The position numbers and the translations under genes are program-made. DNA of 49,619 nucleotides from Spirochaetota bacterium (GTDB taxonomy: Bacteria; Spirochaetota; B62-G9; DRHN01): assembly GCA_011049595.1 (NCBI GenBank), contig DRHN01000500.1:1-49619 (forward strand). The letters are read 5' to 3'. This document shows positions 8,309 through 16,713 of the stretch, in pieces. The stretch's first letter is position 1. Every line of letters starts with the position of its first letter. The notes beneath the pieces were generated by a model. That model made no database searches. It was not told the origin of the DNA and saw nothing but the letters and a program-made list of their open reading frames with translations.

Positions 8309-10915
8309 TCATTTTGTCAAGGAGTTATTGGAAATATAGCCATCAGTCTTTTGCAACACATCCTCGAGACTCCCTCTGGAAATATTTCCTCCGGGAATCG
8401 AATTAAGGAAAATATTTCCATACCTTTTTACAAGTACTCTTTTATCCAGAATAGCAATTAAGCCCCGGTCTGTATTTTTCCTGATCAATCTGCCGATCCC
8501 CTGCTTGAATTTTATAACAGCCAGGGGCAGACTGTAATCCATAAAAGGATTGCCCCCTTCTAATCTTATCCGCTCCATCCTTGCCTTAACAACCGGTTCC
8601 GTGGGGACTTTGAAAGGCAATTTAGTGATTATCACACACTCGAGGGTATCGCCCGGGGCGTCAACACCTTCCCAGAAACTTTCAGTCCCGAACAGTATGG
8701 AATGAATGTTTTTTTTAAAATCATTTAACAAATTCATCCTTGAATCGTTGCCCTGCTTGAAGACAAAAAGCCCTGTCCGTTTGAGCTCATCCCCGATCCT
8801 GTCGAAAACTTCATTCAAGGTTCTGTATGATGTAAACAGTACAAATGCTTTCCCGCCGGTATTTTTCAAGATCTTCAGCACACAGTTGCTGAGGACCGGC
8901 AAATAATCGGGGAGATCCGGCTCCACCATATCGGACGGAATAATTGCAACCATCTGTTCATCATAATGAAAAGGAGATTTTACTATGACGCTTATTTCCG
9001 CTTCATGTAGACACAGCCTTCGCTTTATAAAATCGAACCTGTTGTCAACAGTGAGAGTTGCGCTGGTAAGAACAGCGCTTTTAACCTGGCTGAAAAGCAG
9101 CTCCTGCAGAGCGGCCCCCACATCGATCAATGAAACCACGACAGCAGTTTCTCGTTTCTTTTCGATCCATCGAACGTGATTTTTATCTTCATCGCTCAGA
9201 AAATCATCAACAGTCTGGGTAATTTCAACCAGCCTGAAAATAAAGCTTTCTATCTGCTTTAATACACTTTCTTCAGCATCCCCTATTATTTTTTCTCTCA
9301 ACTCGTACAGGCTGTTGGAAAGACCTGTACATTCCTTATAAAAAATTCCGAACTGCCTTATGACCCTGTTTTCCCACCCCGGCAGGTCCTTTACATCGTC
9401 GGTAATCTCACATACGGCAAGATCACTCTTGTGAGTGTTGAGATCACTCTTGTGAGTGTTGAGATCACTCTTGCGAGTGTTGAGATCACTCTTGCGAGTG
9501 TTGGTTGAAATATGCCTTCCCGTGGATATCAGAAACTCCTCAATGGCTTCAAAAAGCTCATGCGCGGAACTCCGCAACAGTGTTACTTCTTCCATGATCT
9601 TTTTCAAGTCCCGGTTTCCAAAGCCACCGGTGTCTGCAACCCATGTGCCTGAAGTCCCGGTAACGGAAGTTCCGGTAACGGAAGTTCCTGCAGAGTCAGA
9701 CCGCCCTTTTCTCAGCAAAAACATCAAATAACCCTTTTTCTTTTTGTCCCCCGAATAGAGCCTATCCAGAAGTCTCAAAACAGATGAAAGAGTAATTTCC
9801 TTTGTGAAAAAGGAAGTAGCCGAGTCCTCAAGGTTGTGTGCCTCATCGATAATTACCCTGTCGAATGAAGGAAGAATAGAATTGCCTGTTGGAACCAGGC
9901 TGACATCCGCAAGAAGATAGTGATGGTTGGTCACGATGATCCCTGCAGTAATAGCCTTTCTTTTCACCCTGTTCACGAAACAACGGCTAAAAAACCCGCA
10001 TGTGCCCCCCAGGCACGTGTCCGATTGGGAGTTGAGCTTTTCCCACAAAGAATACTTCGGCACAAAAGTCAGGGCGGAAAGGCTTCCATCGTCCGTTGTG
10101 TTTATCCAGCTTAGCAGGTTGTTAAATTGCTCCAGCTCCTCGTCATCTATAAAAGAAAAAAGATCCTGCTGCGCGTCAGCCACCCTGTTCAGGCAAATAT
10201 AATTCCCCCGCCCCTTCATTAAAATATAAGAAAAATCGTGATCAAGCGCCTTTCTCAAACCGGGAATATCCTTGTAAAGAAGCTGCTCCTGCAGGTTTAT
10301 GGTTTTTGTCGAAATGACGACCCTTTCCATGTTAACTTTCGCCCACTCCACTGAAGGGATGAGGTAGGCTAAAGACTTTCCGATTCCTGTACCTGCTTCG
10401 ATCAAACCGCACGAGCTGTTGTTCAAAGCCCCGCACACGTGCTCTATCATCTCCATTTGCCCATCCCGCTCTTCAAAGCCCGGGATTGTTCTGCTGCATG
10501 GACCGTCCTTTGACACCAGCCGTTTCAAGTTTTCGGCATCGATCGGTTTTTTTGTCCCCTTGACAACCGGCTCAACTGCAGCATATACTTCCGTCACGTC
10601 ATTGTTGATAATAAAGAAACCGACTCCCCGGTTCGCGGTGACCGACGCGATACTCAAGTCCGGCCCCGACGGGGTAAGCTTTCCGCCCGGGTGGTTATGA
10701 ATGACAACATCAGCCATAAAACTTCTTTCGAGAGGAAAAGCGACACACTCTTCACTGCCGCGTGCGATTGTCTCGGTTTTTACGACGATGCTGTCTTCGT
10801 TGGTCCAGCCGAAAAACAGGACCTCGTTTCCATACGCTTTGTTTATCTCGGCTTTAATTACCTGCACAGAGCTGTCATCAAAATAAAGGCTTACAGGTTC
10901 TTTTTCGTGTGCCAT
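8309..10915 (-). CDS. Fusion protein: N-terminal RadC-like JAB/MPN (JAMM) domain + DinG/XPD-family Fe-S superfamily-2 DNA helicase
   Basis: aa 31-86: E31...H73-N-H75-PGGKLTP-S83-GP-D86 (complete ExnHxHx7Sx2D JAMM signature). Helicase: Walker A EAGTGIGKS, DEAH box IIDEAHNLE, Cys cluster YICLN / CLGGTCGFFSRCF, motif VI QGIGRLIR. Confidence 0.85.
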   Translation of the reverse strand: MAHEKEPVSLYFDDSSVQVIKAEINKAYGNEVLFFGWTNEDSIVVKTETIARGSEECVAFPLERSFMADVVIHNHPGGKLTPSGPDLSIASVTANRGVGFFIINNDVTEVYAAVEPVVKGTKKPIDAENLKRLVSKDGPCSRTIPGFEERDGQMEMIEHVCGALNNSSCGLIEAGTGIGKSLAYLIPSVEWAKVNMERVVISTKTINLQEQLLYKDIPGLRKALDHDFSYILMKGRGNYICLNRVADAQQDLFSFIDDEELEQFNNLLSWINTTDDGSLSALTFVPKYSLWEKLNSQSDTCLGGTCGFFSRCFVNRVKRKAITAGIIVTNHHYLLADVSLVPTGNSILPSFDRVIIDEAHNLEDSATSFFTKEITLSSVLRLLDRLYSGDKKKKGYLMFLLRKGRSDSAGTSVTGTSVTGTSGTWVADTGGFGNRDLKKIMEEVTLLRSSAHELFEAIEEFLISTGRHISTNTRKSDLNTRKSDLNTHKSDLNTHKSDLAVCEITDDVKDLPGWENRVIRQFGIFYKECTGLSNSLYELREKIIGDAEESVLKQIESFIFRLVEITQTVDDFLSDEDKNHVRWIEKKRETAVVVSLIDVGAALQELLFSQVKSAVLTSATLTVDNRFDFIKRRLCLHEAEISVIVKSPFHYDEQMVAIIPSDMVEPDLPDYLPVLSNCVLKILKNTGGKAFVLFTSYRTLNEVFDRIGDELKRTGLFVFKQGNDSRMNLLNDFKKNIHSILFGTESFWEGVDAPGDTLECVIITKLPFKVPTEPVVKARMERIRLEGGNPFMDYSLPLAVIKFKQGIGRLIRKNTDRGLIAILDKRVLVKRYGNIFLNSIPGGNISRGSLEDVLQKTDGYISNNSLTK
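9419..9502 (-). repeat. In-frame 21-bp tandem repeat x4 inside the helicase gene (encodes NT[RH]KSDL x4)
   Basis: Plus strand (A/G)AGATCACTCTTG(T/C)GAGTGTT at 9419, 9440, 9461 and 9482. Units differ only at one T/C position and the first base. Confidence 0.9.
9651..9690 (-). repeat. In-frame 15-bp tandem repeat (~2.6 copies) inside the helicase gene (encodes GTSVT repeats)
   Basis: GAAGTCCCGGTAACG / GAAGTTCCGGTAACG / GAAGTTCCTG... Protein reads SAGTSVTGTSVTGTSGT. Confidence 0.85.
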
Positions 10916-10961
10916 TGTCGATCTTTCCTCGATCAGGTTCGAAGCCCTTTATAAGGTTTTA

Positions 10962-11798
10962 TCACAAAACTTTGTTTACTGTCAGCTCTATCAGGGCACC
11001 AAGTCTCGAGCCTGCTTTTGTCATGTTTTCCAAAACTTCGCTATGCCTCAATTTTCCTTTTGTGATCCCGCACGCCATGTTCGATATTACAGATATACCG
11101 ATCACCCTGATGCCTTCCTGGGCAGCAACAATAACTTCCGGGACGGTTGACATCCCCACAGCGTCAGCCCCGATTTTTTCAAAAAAGGATATTTCAGCTT
11201 TTGTCTCATAACTGGGTCCATGCACAGCAAGGTAGACTCCTTCGGTGAGCCTTCCGATCTCCTCGTTTGTCCCGGCCGCGTCTTTAACTTTTTTAAGGAG
11301 GGCGAGGTCATAGGGCTCGCTCATGTCTATAAAAATCGGCCCATGGCCCAAAAACCCGATCAAAGGGTTGCTGCCCATGCAGTTTATATGGTCGGTTATC
11401 AGCATGATGTCACCCGGATCAAAATCACGGTTGATACCGCCGCTCGCGTTTGTTATGATCATGGTTTCAACACCCAGCATCCTGGCGACTCTAATATTTA
11501 TTGTGACATCTTCCATCGAAAAACCCTGGTAATAATGAAAACGGCCGTTAAATATCATTACATTTCTCTGTCCCATCCTGCCGACAACGAGCTCACCTTT
11601 GTGCCCCTCTATCATGGAGACAGGAAACCCCGGGATATCTGTGTATTTTATACTCGTCCCTTCCGACAGCCTCTCTGCAACAGGTCCGGCACCTGATCCC
11701 AGTATGATCCCGGTCTTGCAGTCATCTGTGCTCACACATCTGATCTTTTTTCGAATATATCCAGCTGCCCGGTCAATTTTTCTTTTGTAGCTTTCCAT
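10962..11798 (-). CDS. Purine nucleoside phosphorylase (trimeric PNP/MTAP family)
   Basis: ILGSGAG, GHKGELVVG, RFHYYQG, ITNASGGIN, GPSYETKAE, GADAVGMSTVPEV motifs. Confidence 0.85.
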   Translation of the reverse strand: MESYKRKIDRAAGYIRKKIRCVSTDDCKTGIILGSGAGPVAERLSEGTSIKYTDIPGFPVSMIEGHKGELVVGRMGQRNVMIFNGRFHYYQGFSMEDVTINIRVARMLGVETMIITNASGGINRDFDPGDIMLITDHINCMGSNPLIGFLGHGPIFIDMSEPYDLALLKKVKDAAGTNEEIGRLTEGVYLAVHGPSYETKAEISFFEKIGADAVGMSTVPEVIVAAQEGIRVIGISVISNMACGITKGKLRHSEVLENMTKAGSRLGALIELTVNKVL

Positions 11799-11835
11799 TT
11801 ATGTACCTCCGGGGGTTTGATCAACACACAGAAAA

Positions 11836-12990
11836 TCAGAACTCTCTTTTTGTCCAGTCTGACGGGTCGACGTAAATTCCATTTACAAAAATGCCCCAGT
11901 GAAGGTGGTTCCCCTCGGCGATACCGGTTGAACCCACTTCACCAATTTTTTCTCCCTTTTCCACTCTGTCGCCGATACTTACACTTGTCGAATCAAGATG
12001 AAAATACAGAGAAAACACACCCAGCCCGTGATCGATCACAACTGAATTGCCCGTTGTAATTCTCACATCCGAAAACACAACATCACCCCTGTTCGCCGAA
12101 AATACCGGATCTCCCTTTCCCCCCTTTAGATCCATCCCCCTGTGATAACGTGTGAAAGAGTTTGAGTTTTCAATATAATAGATCCTCTTCTTTCCGAACG
12201 CCGAATTCGTTACAGGCTCTTTAACAGGGTATAAAAAAAGGTCTTCCCAGAGTGCCTGGCTGCCGGGTTTTGAAAGTATCCCAGCCAATATCTTTCGTTC
12301 TTTTCTTTTCTGCTCGGAGTCCGCGAAAAGGGCCAGCATATCTTCAGTAAGCGTTACCTCTCCTTTGCCGTAATTTAGCGATTTTAGAAAAAAGGGATAG
12401 ATGATCTCAGAATAATCTCCGTTTTTTGACTTAACAGTTATCGTAAGCCTGTACTTTACCGGCGGGGCCCCAACATCAAAACCTGTCAGGGCCCTGTAAA
12501 TACCGTTACCAACATCATAGAATGTCAGTTTGTTTGAATAGCCGCTGTCATTTTTAATTGCTGAACTTATATTTATACCGCCGATTTGACTGTCCTCCGG
12601 TATGTTTACTATTACTTTCATAGTCTTCCCTTGAACCGGATCGGGAGAAAAATAAAAAGGAAGATCATAAAACTCACCGGAGGCAGACTGGGATAATTTT
12701 CCGTAAATAAGGACAGGTTTTTTTTTGATCTTCAGCACACTGTACGGGTACAGCTTATAGATCCTATCCTTATTACGGAAAACGATTTCGCTGTCCCCGT
12801 GGGTCTTAACAAAGATATCTTCTGTTAATTTACCTCCCTTTCTGACACGGGCGTAGGGGTCCGGGTCTTTTCGCGCGAGCACATTTCCAAAAACATGAAC
12901 AATATCCAGCTCTTCAGCATGTACACATTCCAGTACAAAGATAAAACAGACCGTTGTAATAATAAAAATTTTAAATGTAATTCTTTTCAA
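11836..12990 (-). CDS. Secreted M23-family (LytM-type) metallopeptidase
   Basis: N-terminal signal peptide. C-terminal HRGMDL (HxxxD) and GNHLHWG (HxH) motifs, GEVGSTG. Confidence 0.85.
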   Translation of the reverse strand: MKRITFKIFIITTVCFIFVLECVHAEELDIVHVFGNVLARKDPDPYARVRKGGKLTEDIFVKTHGDSEIVFRNKDRIYKLYPYSVLKIKKKPVLIYGKLSQSASGEFYDLPFYFSPDPVQGKTMKVIVNIPEDSQIGGINISSAIKNDSGYSNKLTFYDVGNGIYRALTGFDVGAPPVKYRLTITVKSKNGDYSEIIYPFFLKSLNYGKGEVTLTEDMLALFADSEQKRKERKILAGILSKPGSQALWEDLFLYPVKEPVTNSAFGKKRIYYIENSNSFTRYHRGMDLKGGKGDPVFSANRGDVVFSDVRITTGNSVVIDHGLGVFSLYFHLDSTSVSIGDRVEKGEKIGEVGSTGIAEGNHLHWGIFVNGIYVDPSDWTKREF

Positions 12991-13036
12991 TATTTTAATT
13001 CCCTTAATTCCAAGTATCTTTCCGTGCGATAAATAC

Positions 13037-14359
13037 CTAAGGGTACAGTCTGTTTATCAAACGCGGAAAAGGAATGGCTTCTCTCACGTGGGGGAGTTTG
13101 CATATAAAGGCAAGCAGCCGCTCTATCCCCAACCCAAATCCTGAATGGGTCACACTTCCGTAACGGCGGATATCAAGGTACCACCTGTACAATTCAACAT
13201 TCAATTTTTCCTCTTTGATCCGTGCAAGGAGTGAATCATGATCGTCATTCCTCTGGGAACCCCCGATTATCTCACCGTAACCTTCCGGCGCGAGAAGATC
13301 ATTGCAAAGGACGGTCCGGTCATCTTCCGGGTTCGGTTTCATGTAAAAAGCTTTGACACCCTTCGGGTAATTGTATATGAACACCGGTTTTTCAAAGCTT
13401 TCCGAAAGAACGGTCTCCTCATCGCCACCGATATCATCGCCCCACTCGACAGGCAACCCTTTTTTCACCAGTATCTCGACAGCTTCTGTGTAGCTTATCC
13501 GGGGAAATGGCGGCTTGATCTTTTTTAGAGGCCCAACATCCCTGCCGATGTTCTCCAGCTCCCTGCCGCATGAGTTTACAATATTTTGTATAACATAACT
13601 TATCACGTCCTCCTGCAGAGACATATTCTGATCGGAATCATAAAAGGCGACTTCCGCCTCAACCATCCAGAATTCGGCCAGGTGCCGCCGGGTTTTTGAT
13701 TTTTCGGCCCTGAACGTAGGCCCGAAACAAAACACCTTGTTAAAAGCGCTTGCCGCAGCTTCCAGATAAAGCTGGCCCGTTTGTGCGAGGGTGGCTTTCC
13801 CAAAGTCGAAATATTCAGTTTCAAAAAAACTTCCGGAACTTTCGCCCACCGCCCCCGTCAAAATCGGGGTATCGATCAAAACATATCCGTTGGTATGAAA
13901 ATAGTCCCTCAAAACTTTTATCAGCTCACTTCTCACCCTGAGAATAGCAAGCTGTCTTCCCGATCGGACCCACAGGTGCCTGTTCTCCATGAGAAAATCA
14001 ACACCATGTGCTTTTGTCGAAATAGGATATTCCTGTTCCGGTATATGCAGCGGCTCTATGTCTTTAACAATCATCTCAAAACCGCCGGGCGCCCTGCTGT
14101 CAGCACGTATTGTACCCGTTACCGCGAGAGAGGATTCGATCTTTAATTTTGAACAGGTATCAAAGATTTCATCTGAAACCTCATCCCTCACAACCACGGT
14201 CTGCATATACCCGGTCCCGTCTCTCACCTCAATAAAATAAAGCGCGCCGCTTGAGCGGATATGGCTTATCCACCCTCTGATCGTGACTTCACGGCCCACA
14301 TGATCTGCCGACTTGCTTATCATAAAACCGTCCTCAATCATAAAAACCCTCCCGGTCAC
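13037..14359 (-). CDS. asnS: Asparagine--tRNA ligase (class IIb; short archaeal/Thermus-like type)
   Basis: OB anticodon-binding N-domain. Motif 2 FRAEKSKTRRHLAEFWMVEAEVAF, motif 3 GFGLGIERLL...REAIPFPR. The true start may be one of the internal Met codons (MIEDGFMISK). AspRS not formally excluded. Confidence 0.8.
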   Translation of the reverse strand: MTGRVFMIEDGFMISKSADHVGREVTIRGWISHIRSSGALYFIEVRDGTGYMQTVVVRDEVSDEIFDTCSKLKIESSLAVTGTIRADSRAPGGFEMIVKDIEPLHIPEQEYPISTKAHGVDFLMENRHLWVRSGRQLAILRVRSELIKVLRDYFHTNGYVLIDTPILTGAVGESSGSFFETEYFDFGKATLAQTGQLYLEAAASAFNKVFCFGPTFRAEKSKTRRHLAEFWMVEAEVAFYDSDQNMSLQEDVISYVIQNIVNSCGRELENIGRDVGPLKKIKPPFPRISYTEAVEILVKKGLPVEWGDDIGGDEETVLSESFEKPVFIYNYPKGVKAFYMKPNPEDDRTVLCNDLLAPEGYGEIIGGSQRNDDHDSLLARIKEEKLNVELYRWYLDIRRYGSVTHSGFGLGIERLLAFICKLPHVREAIPFPRLINRLYP

Positions 14360-14367
14360 CGATAGTA

Positions 14368-15798
14368 CTACCCTTTTATTACACCAAGGGGAACCAGTTT
14401 TGCAACCTTGCTGGCAAGCCCGTTTTCTTCGACTATGTTCACTATTGTCGAAACATTCTTGTATGCTTCAGGCATTTCCTCCATAAGAGTTCTTCTGGCA
14501 TTTGATAATACCAGGATCCCCCTGTCGCCAAGCTCTCTTTTAATATTCCTTCCTTCTGCAATTTTGGCCGCTTTCTTTCTGCTCAAGACTCTTCCCGCGC
14601 CGTGGCAAGTTGTGCCGAAGCTCTTTAAAAGGCTGCCCGGCTCCCCTTTTAAAATGTATGATCCCCTGCCCATGTCTCCCGGGATCAGCACCGGTTGACC
14701 GAAATTTCTGTAATTTTCCGGGATCTCTTTGTGGCCTTTAGGGAACGCACGCGTAGCCCCTTTTCTGTGAACACAAAGTTTAAGTTTGCTGCCGTCGATT
14801 AAATGCTGCTCAAACCTTGCAATATTATGGCTTACATCATACAGGACACTCATTCCTAATTTTTCCCAGGACAAACCAAGAACATTTTCGAAACTATTTC
14901 GGATGATGCTCGTTATTATCTGACGGTTGGCCCAAGCGTAGTTCGCAGCGGCTTTCATGGCTCCTATATACTGCTCCCCGAGACTGTCCCCGATATAAAT
15001 TGAGGAGAGCTGCGGGTCCGGCAGGGTAAACGCTTTTTTCTCCCGCATTTTTTTCAGATAATCGTCACAGATCTGATAACCGAATCCCCTCGACCCTGTG
15101 TGTACAAAAATAAAAACCTGATCCTTGTTTATCCCGAAACCCAGGGCCGCGTCTTTTTGAAACAATTCCTTTACATAACAGATCTCTAAAAAATGATTGC
15201 CTGCTCCAAGAGTGCCTAGCTGCTCTCTCCCTCTTTCCCTTGCTCTTTGGGATACGGCCGTATAATCAGCATTTCGAAGCCTTCCGCTGTTTTCACAATT
15301 TTCGAGATCCGGCTTTACCCCCCTCCCATTTTCAACAGCCCAGGCCGCGCCAAGTTCTGCGACTTTCTTTTCATCCTTTTTCGAAAGCATCAGAGTTCCT
15401 TTGGAGCCCACCCCTGCCGGAACATTTCTATATATCTCAACCAAAAGTTCTTCTAACTTGGATTTAACTTCCTTCATTACGAGATTTGTTCTTATTGCCC
15501 TTACCCCGCAGTTTATATCGTACCCGACACCGCCGGGAGATATTACACCATTATTAACCTCGGTTGCCGCCACACCTCCAATCGGGAACCCGTACCCGTA
15601 ATGTATGTCCGGCATAGCCGCAACAAAACCTTTTACACCCGGCAGGTACGCGACATTTTTCAACTGCCTTACCGCATCCAGAGTTTCCGCACTGGCTGCC
15701 ATTGCGTCATCGATAAAAACGACGCCTTTTACCTTCATCCCCTCGTCTTTTGGGAGCTCGAAAACAGACTTGCCTATCTTTTTTAAAAGCGCTGCCAT
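14368..15798 (-). CDS. rtcB: RNA 3'-phosphate ligase RtcB
   Basis: GGVGYDINCGVR, HTGSRGFG, SHNIA, HRKGATRA, PGDMG, CHGAGR motifs. Start set to ATG 15798 (MAALLKKIGK), preceded by AGGAG. The 30 upstream codons of the tracked ORF lie in the conserved leader repeat. Confidence 0.9.
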   Translation of the reverse strand: MAALLKKIGKSVFELPKDEGMKVKGVVFIDDAMAASAETLDAVRQLKNVAYLPGVKGFVAAMPDIHYGYGFPIGGVAATEVNNGVISPGGVGYDINCGVRAIRTNLVMKEVKSKLEELLVEIYRNVPAGVGSKGTLMLSKKDEKKVAELGAAWAVENGRGVKPDLENCENSGRLRNADYTAVSQRARERGREQLGTLGAGNHFLEICYVKELFQKDAALGFGINKDQVFIFVHTGSRGFGYQICDDYLKKMREKKAFTLPDPQLSSIYIGDSLGEQYIGAMKAAANYAWANRQIITSIIRNSFENVLGLSWEKLGMSVLYDVSHNIARFEQHLIDGSKLKLCVHRKGATRAFPKGHKEIPENYRNFGQPVLIPGDMGRGSYILKGEPGSLLKSFGTTCHGAGRVLSRKKAAKIAEGRNIKRELGDRGILVLSNARRTLMEEMPEAYKNVSTIVNIVEENGLASKVAKLVPLGVIKG

Positions 15799-15873
15799 TA
15801 AAACTCCTGTTGTGTTCCTCTTTATCTCGATTGTGTTTATTGCTTGCAGGAAAAAATATAATGCAGGGTACCA

Positions 15874-15955
15874 CCCTAATGTGGACAAGCCACATTCTTG
15901 ATTTTAAATATGTTTCCTGCAAACTGAAGTTTGTGCCCAAAAAGCAAGAAAATTG
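15874..15955 (-). repeat. Bipartite conserved leader element, copy 1 (upstream of rtcB)
   Basis: In gene orientation: CAATTTTCTTGCTTTTTGG, then ~35 nt variable, then CAAGAATGTGGCTTGTCCACATTAGGG. The 27-mer (15874-15900) is identical to 38877-38903. The 5' block (15936-15955) matches 38821-38840 with one T indel. Contains the perfect palindrome AATGTGG-N5-CCACATT (15878-15896). Confidence 0.6.
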
Positions 15956-15966
15956 TTTTTTAGGTA

Positions 15967-16713
15967 TTATACAAGGGTAAGTATTTCCGGTTCTCCATCG
16001 TTTACTAAGATTGTATGCTCAAAATGCGCGGAAGGTTTGCCGTCCTTGGTCACAACTGTCCAGTTGTCCTTTTTAATCGATACTTCGAAACCGCTCATGT
16101 TGACCATAGGTTCGATCGCGAGAGTCATACCGGAAAGTAACCGAGGGCCCCGCCCCGGAGTTTTGTAATTCGGGATGGGGGGCTCTTCGTGCAGTTTTTT
16201 CCCTACACCATGCCCCACAAAGTCTCTCACAACCGAAAAGCCGCTGCTTTCTACAAGATCCTGAATTGTTTTTGATATATCTGCCACGTGGTTTCTATGA
16301 ACCGCTTTTTGTATTCCCGCGTAGAGGGACTCTTGGGTCACCTTGAGAAGTTTTTTCGTCTCATCTGATATTTGTCCGATCGCAATAGTGGATGCAGCGT
16401 CCCCGAAATACCCCGCTTTTTTCACTCCCACATCAACACTGAGGATATCCCCCTCTTTAAGACGATACTTTCCCGGGATCCCGTGGATCACTTCCTCATT
16501 GACCGAGGTACAAATTGAGGCGGGAAAACCGTTGTAGTTTTTAAATGCCGGAATTGCCCCTTTTTTCATAATGAACTCTTCGGCTTTACCGTCAAGCCAT
16601 ACGGTACTTACCCCGGGTTTTGTTATTTCACTTAGATAAATAAGCAGCTCGCCTGCAATCCTGCAGGCCTGCTTTATATAAACAATTTCTGTGCTGTTTT
16701 TCAGTTCATGCAT
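15967..16713 (-). CDS. map: Type I methionine aminopeptidase
   Basis: VIHGIPG, DVGVKKAGYFGD, GHGVGKKLHEEP, EPMV, HFEHT metal-ligand motifs. Confidence 0.95.
   Translation of the reverse strand: MHELKNSTEIVYIKQACRIAGELLIYLSEITKPGVSTVWLDGKAEEFIMKKGAIPAFKNYNGFPASICTSVNEEVIHGIPGKYRLKEGDILSVDVGVKKAGYFGDAASTIAIGQISDETKKLLKVTQESLYAGIQKAVHRNHVADISKTIQDLVESSGFSVVRDFVGHGVGKKLHEEPPIPNYKTPGRGPRLLSGMTLAIEPMVNMSGFEVSIKKDNWTVVTKDGKPSAHFEHTILVNDGEPEILTLV

Noticed and set aside
9419-9502. Possible CRISPR-like array (regular 21-bp repeats).
   Set aside because: The units are directly adjacent with no spacers, lie inside a continuous ORF and maintain the frame. This is a coding tandem repeat, not a CRISPR array.
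10925-10945. GGTTCGAAGCC, resembling a tRNA T-arm/T-loop.
   Set aside because: The whole intergenic gap is only 46 nt (10916-10961), and no acceptor, D or anticodon arms can be drawn. No tRNA is present.
15860-15885. T-box-riboswitch-like string TTAGGGTGGTACC in the rtcB-asnS leader (T-box core is ...GGGUGGUACCGCG).
   Set aside because: The leader is only ~170 nt. I could not find a Stem I with K-turn, specifier loop and distal-loop motifs, nor a terminator whose 5' arm overlaps the T-box string. The first half of the match belongs to the 27-mer that also precedes the trp leader, where the match does not continue. An Rfam T-box covariance-model scan would settle it.
15799-15888. 30-codon N-terminal extension of rtcB starting at a TTG.
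   Set aside because: It begins inside the conserved 27-mer leader element. The ATG at 15798 with an upstream AGGAG gives the N-terminus expected for RtcB.
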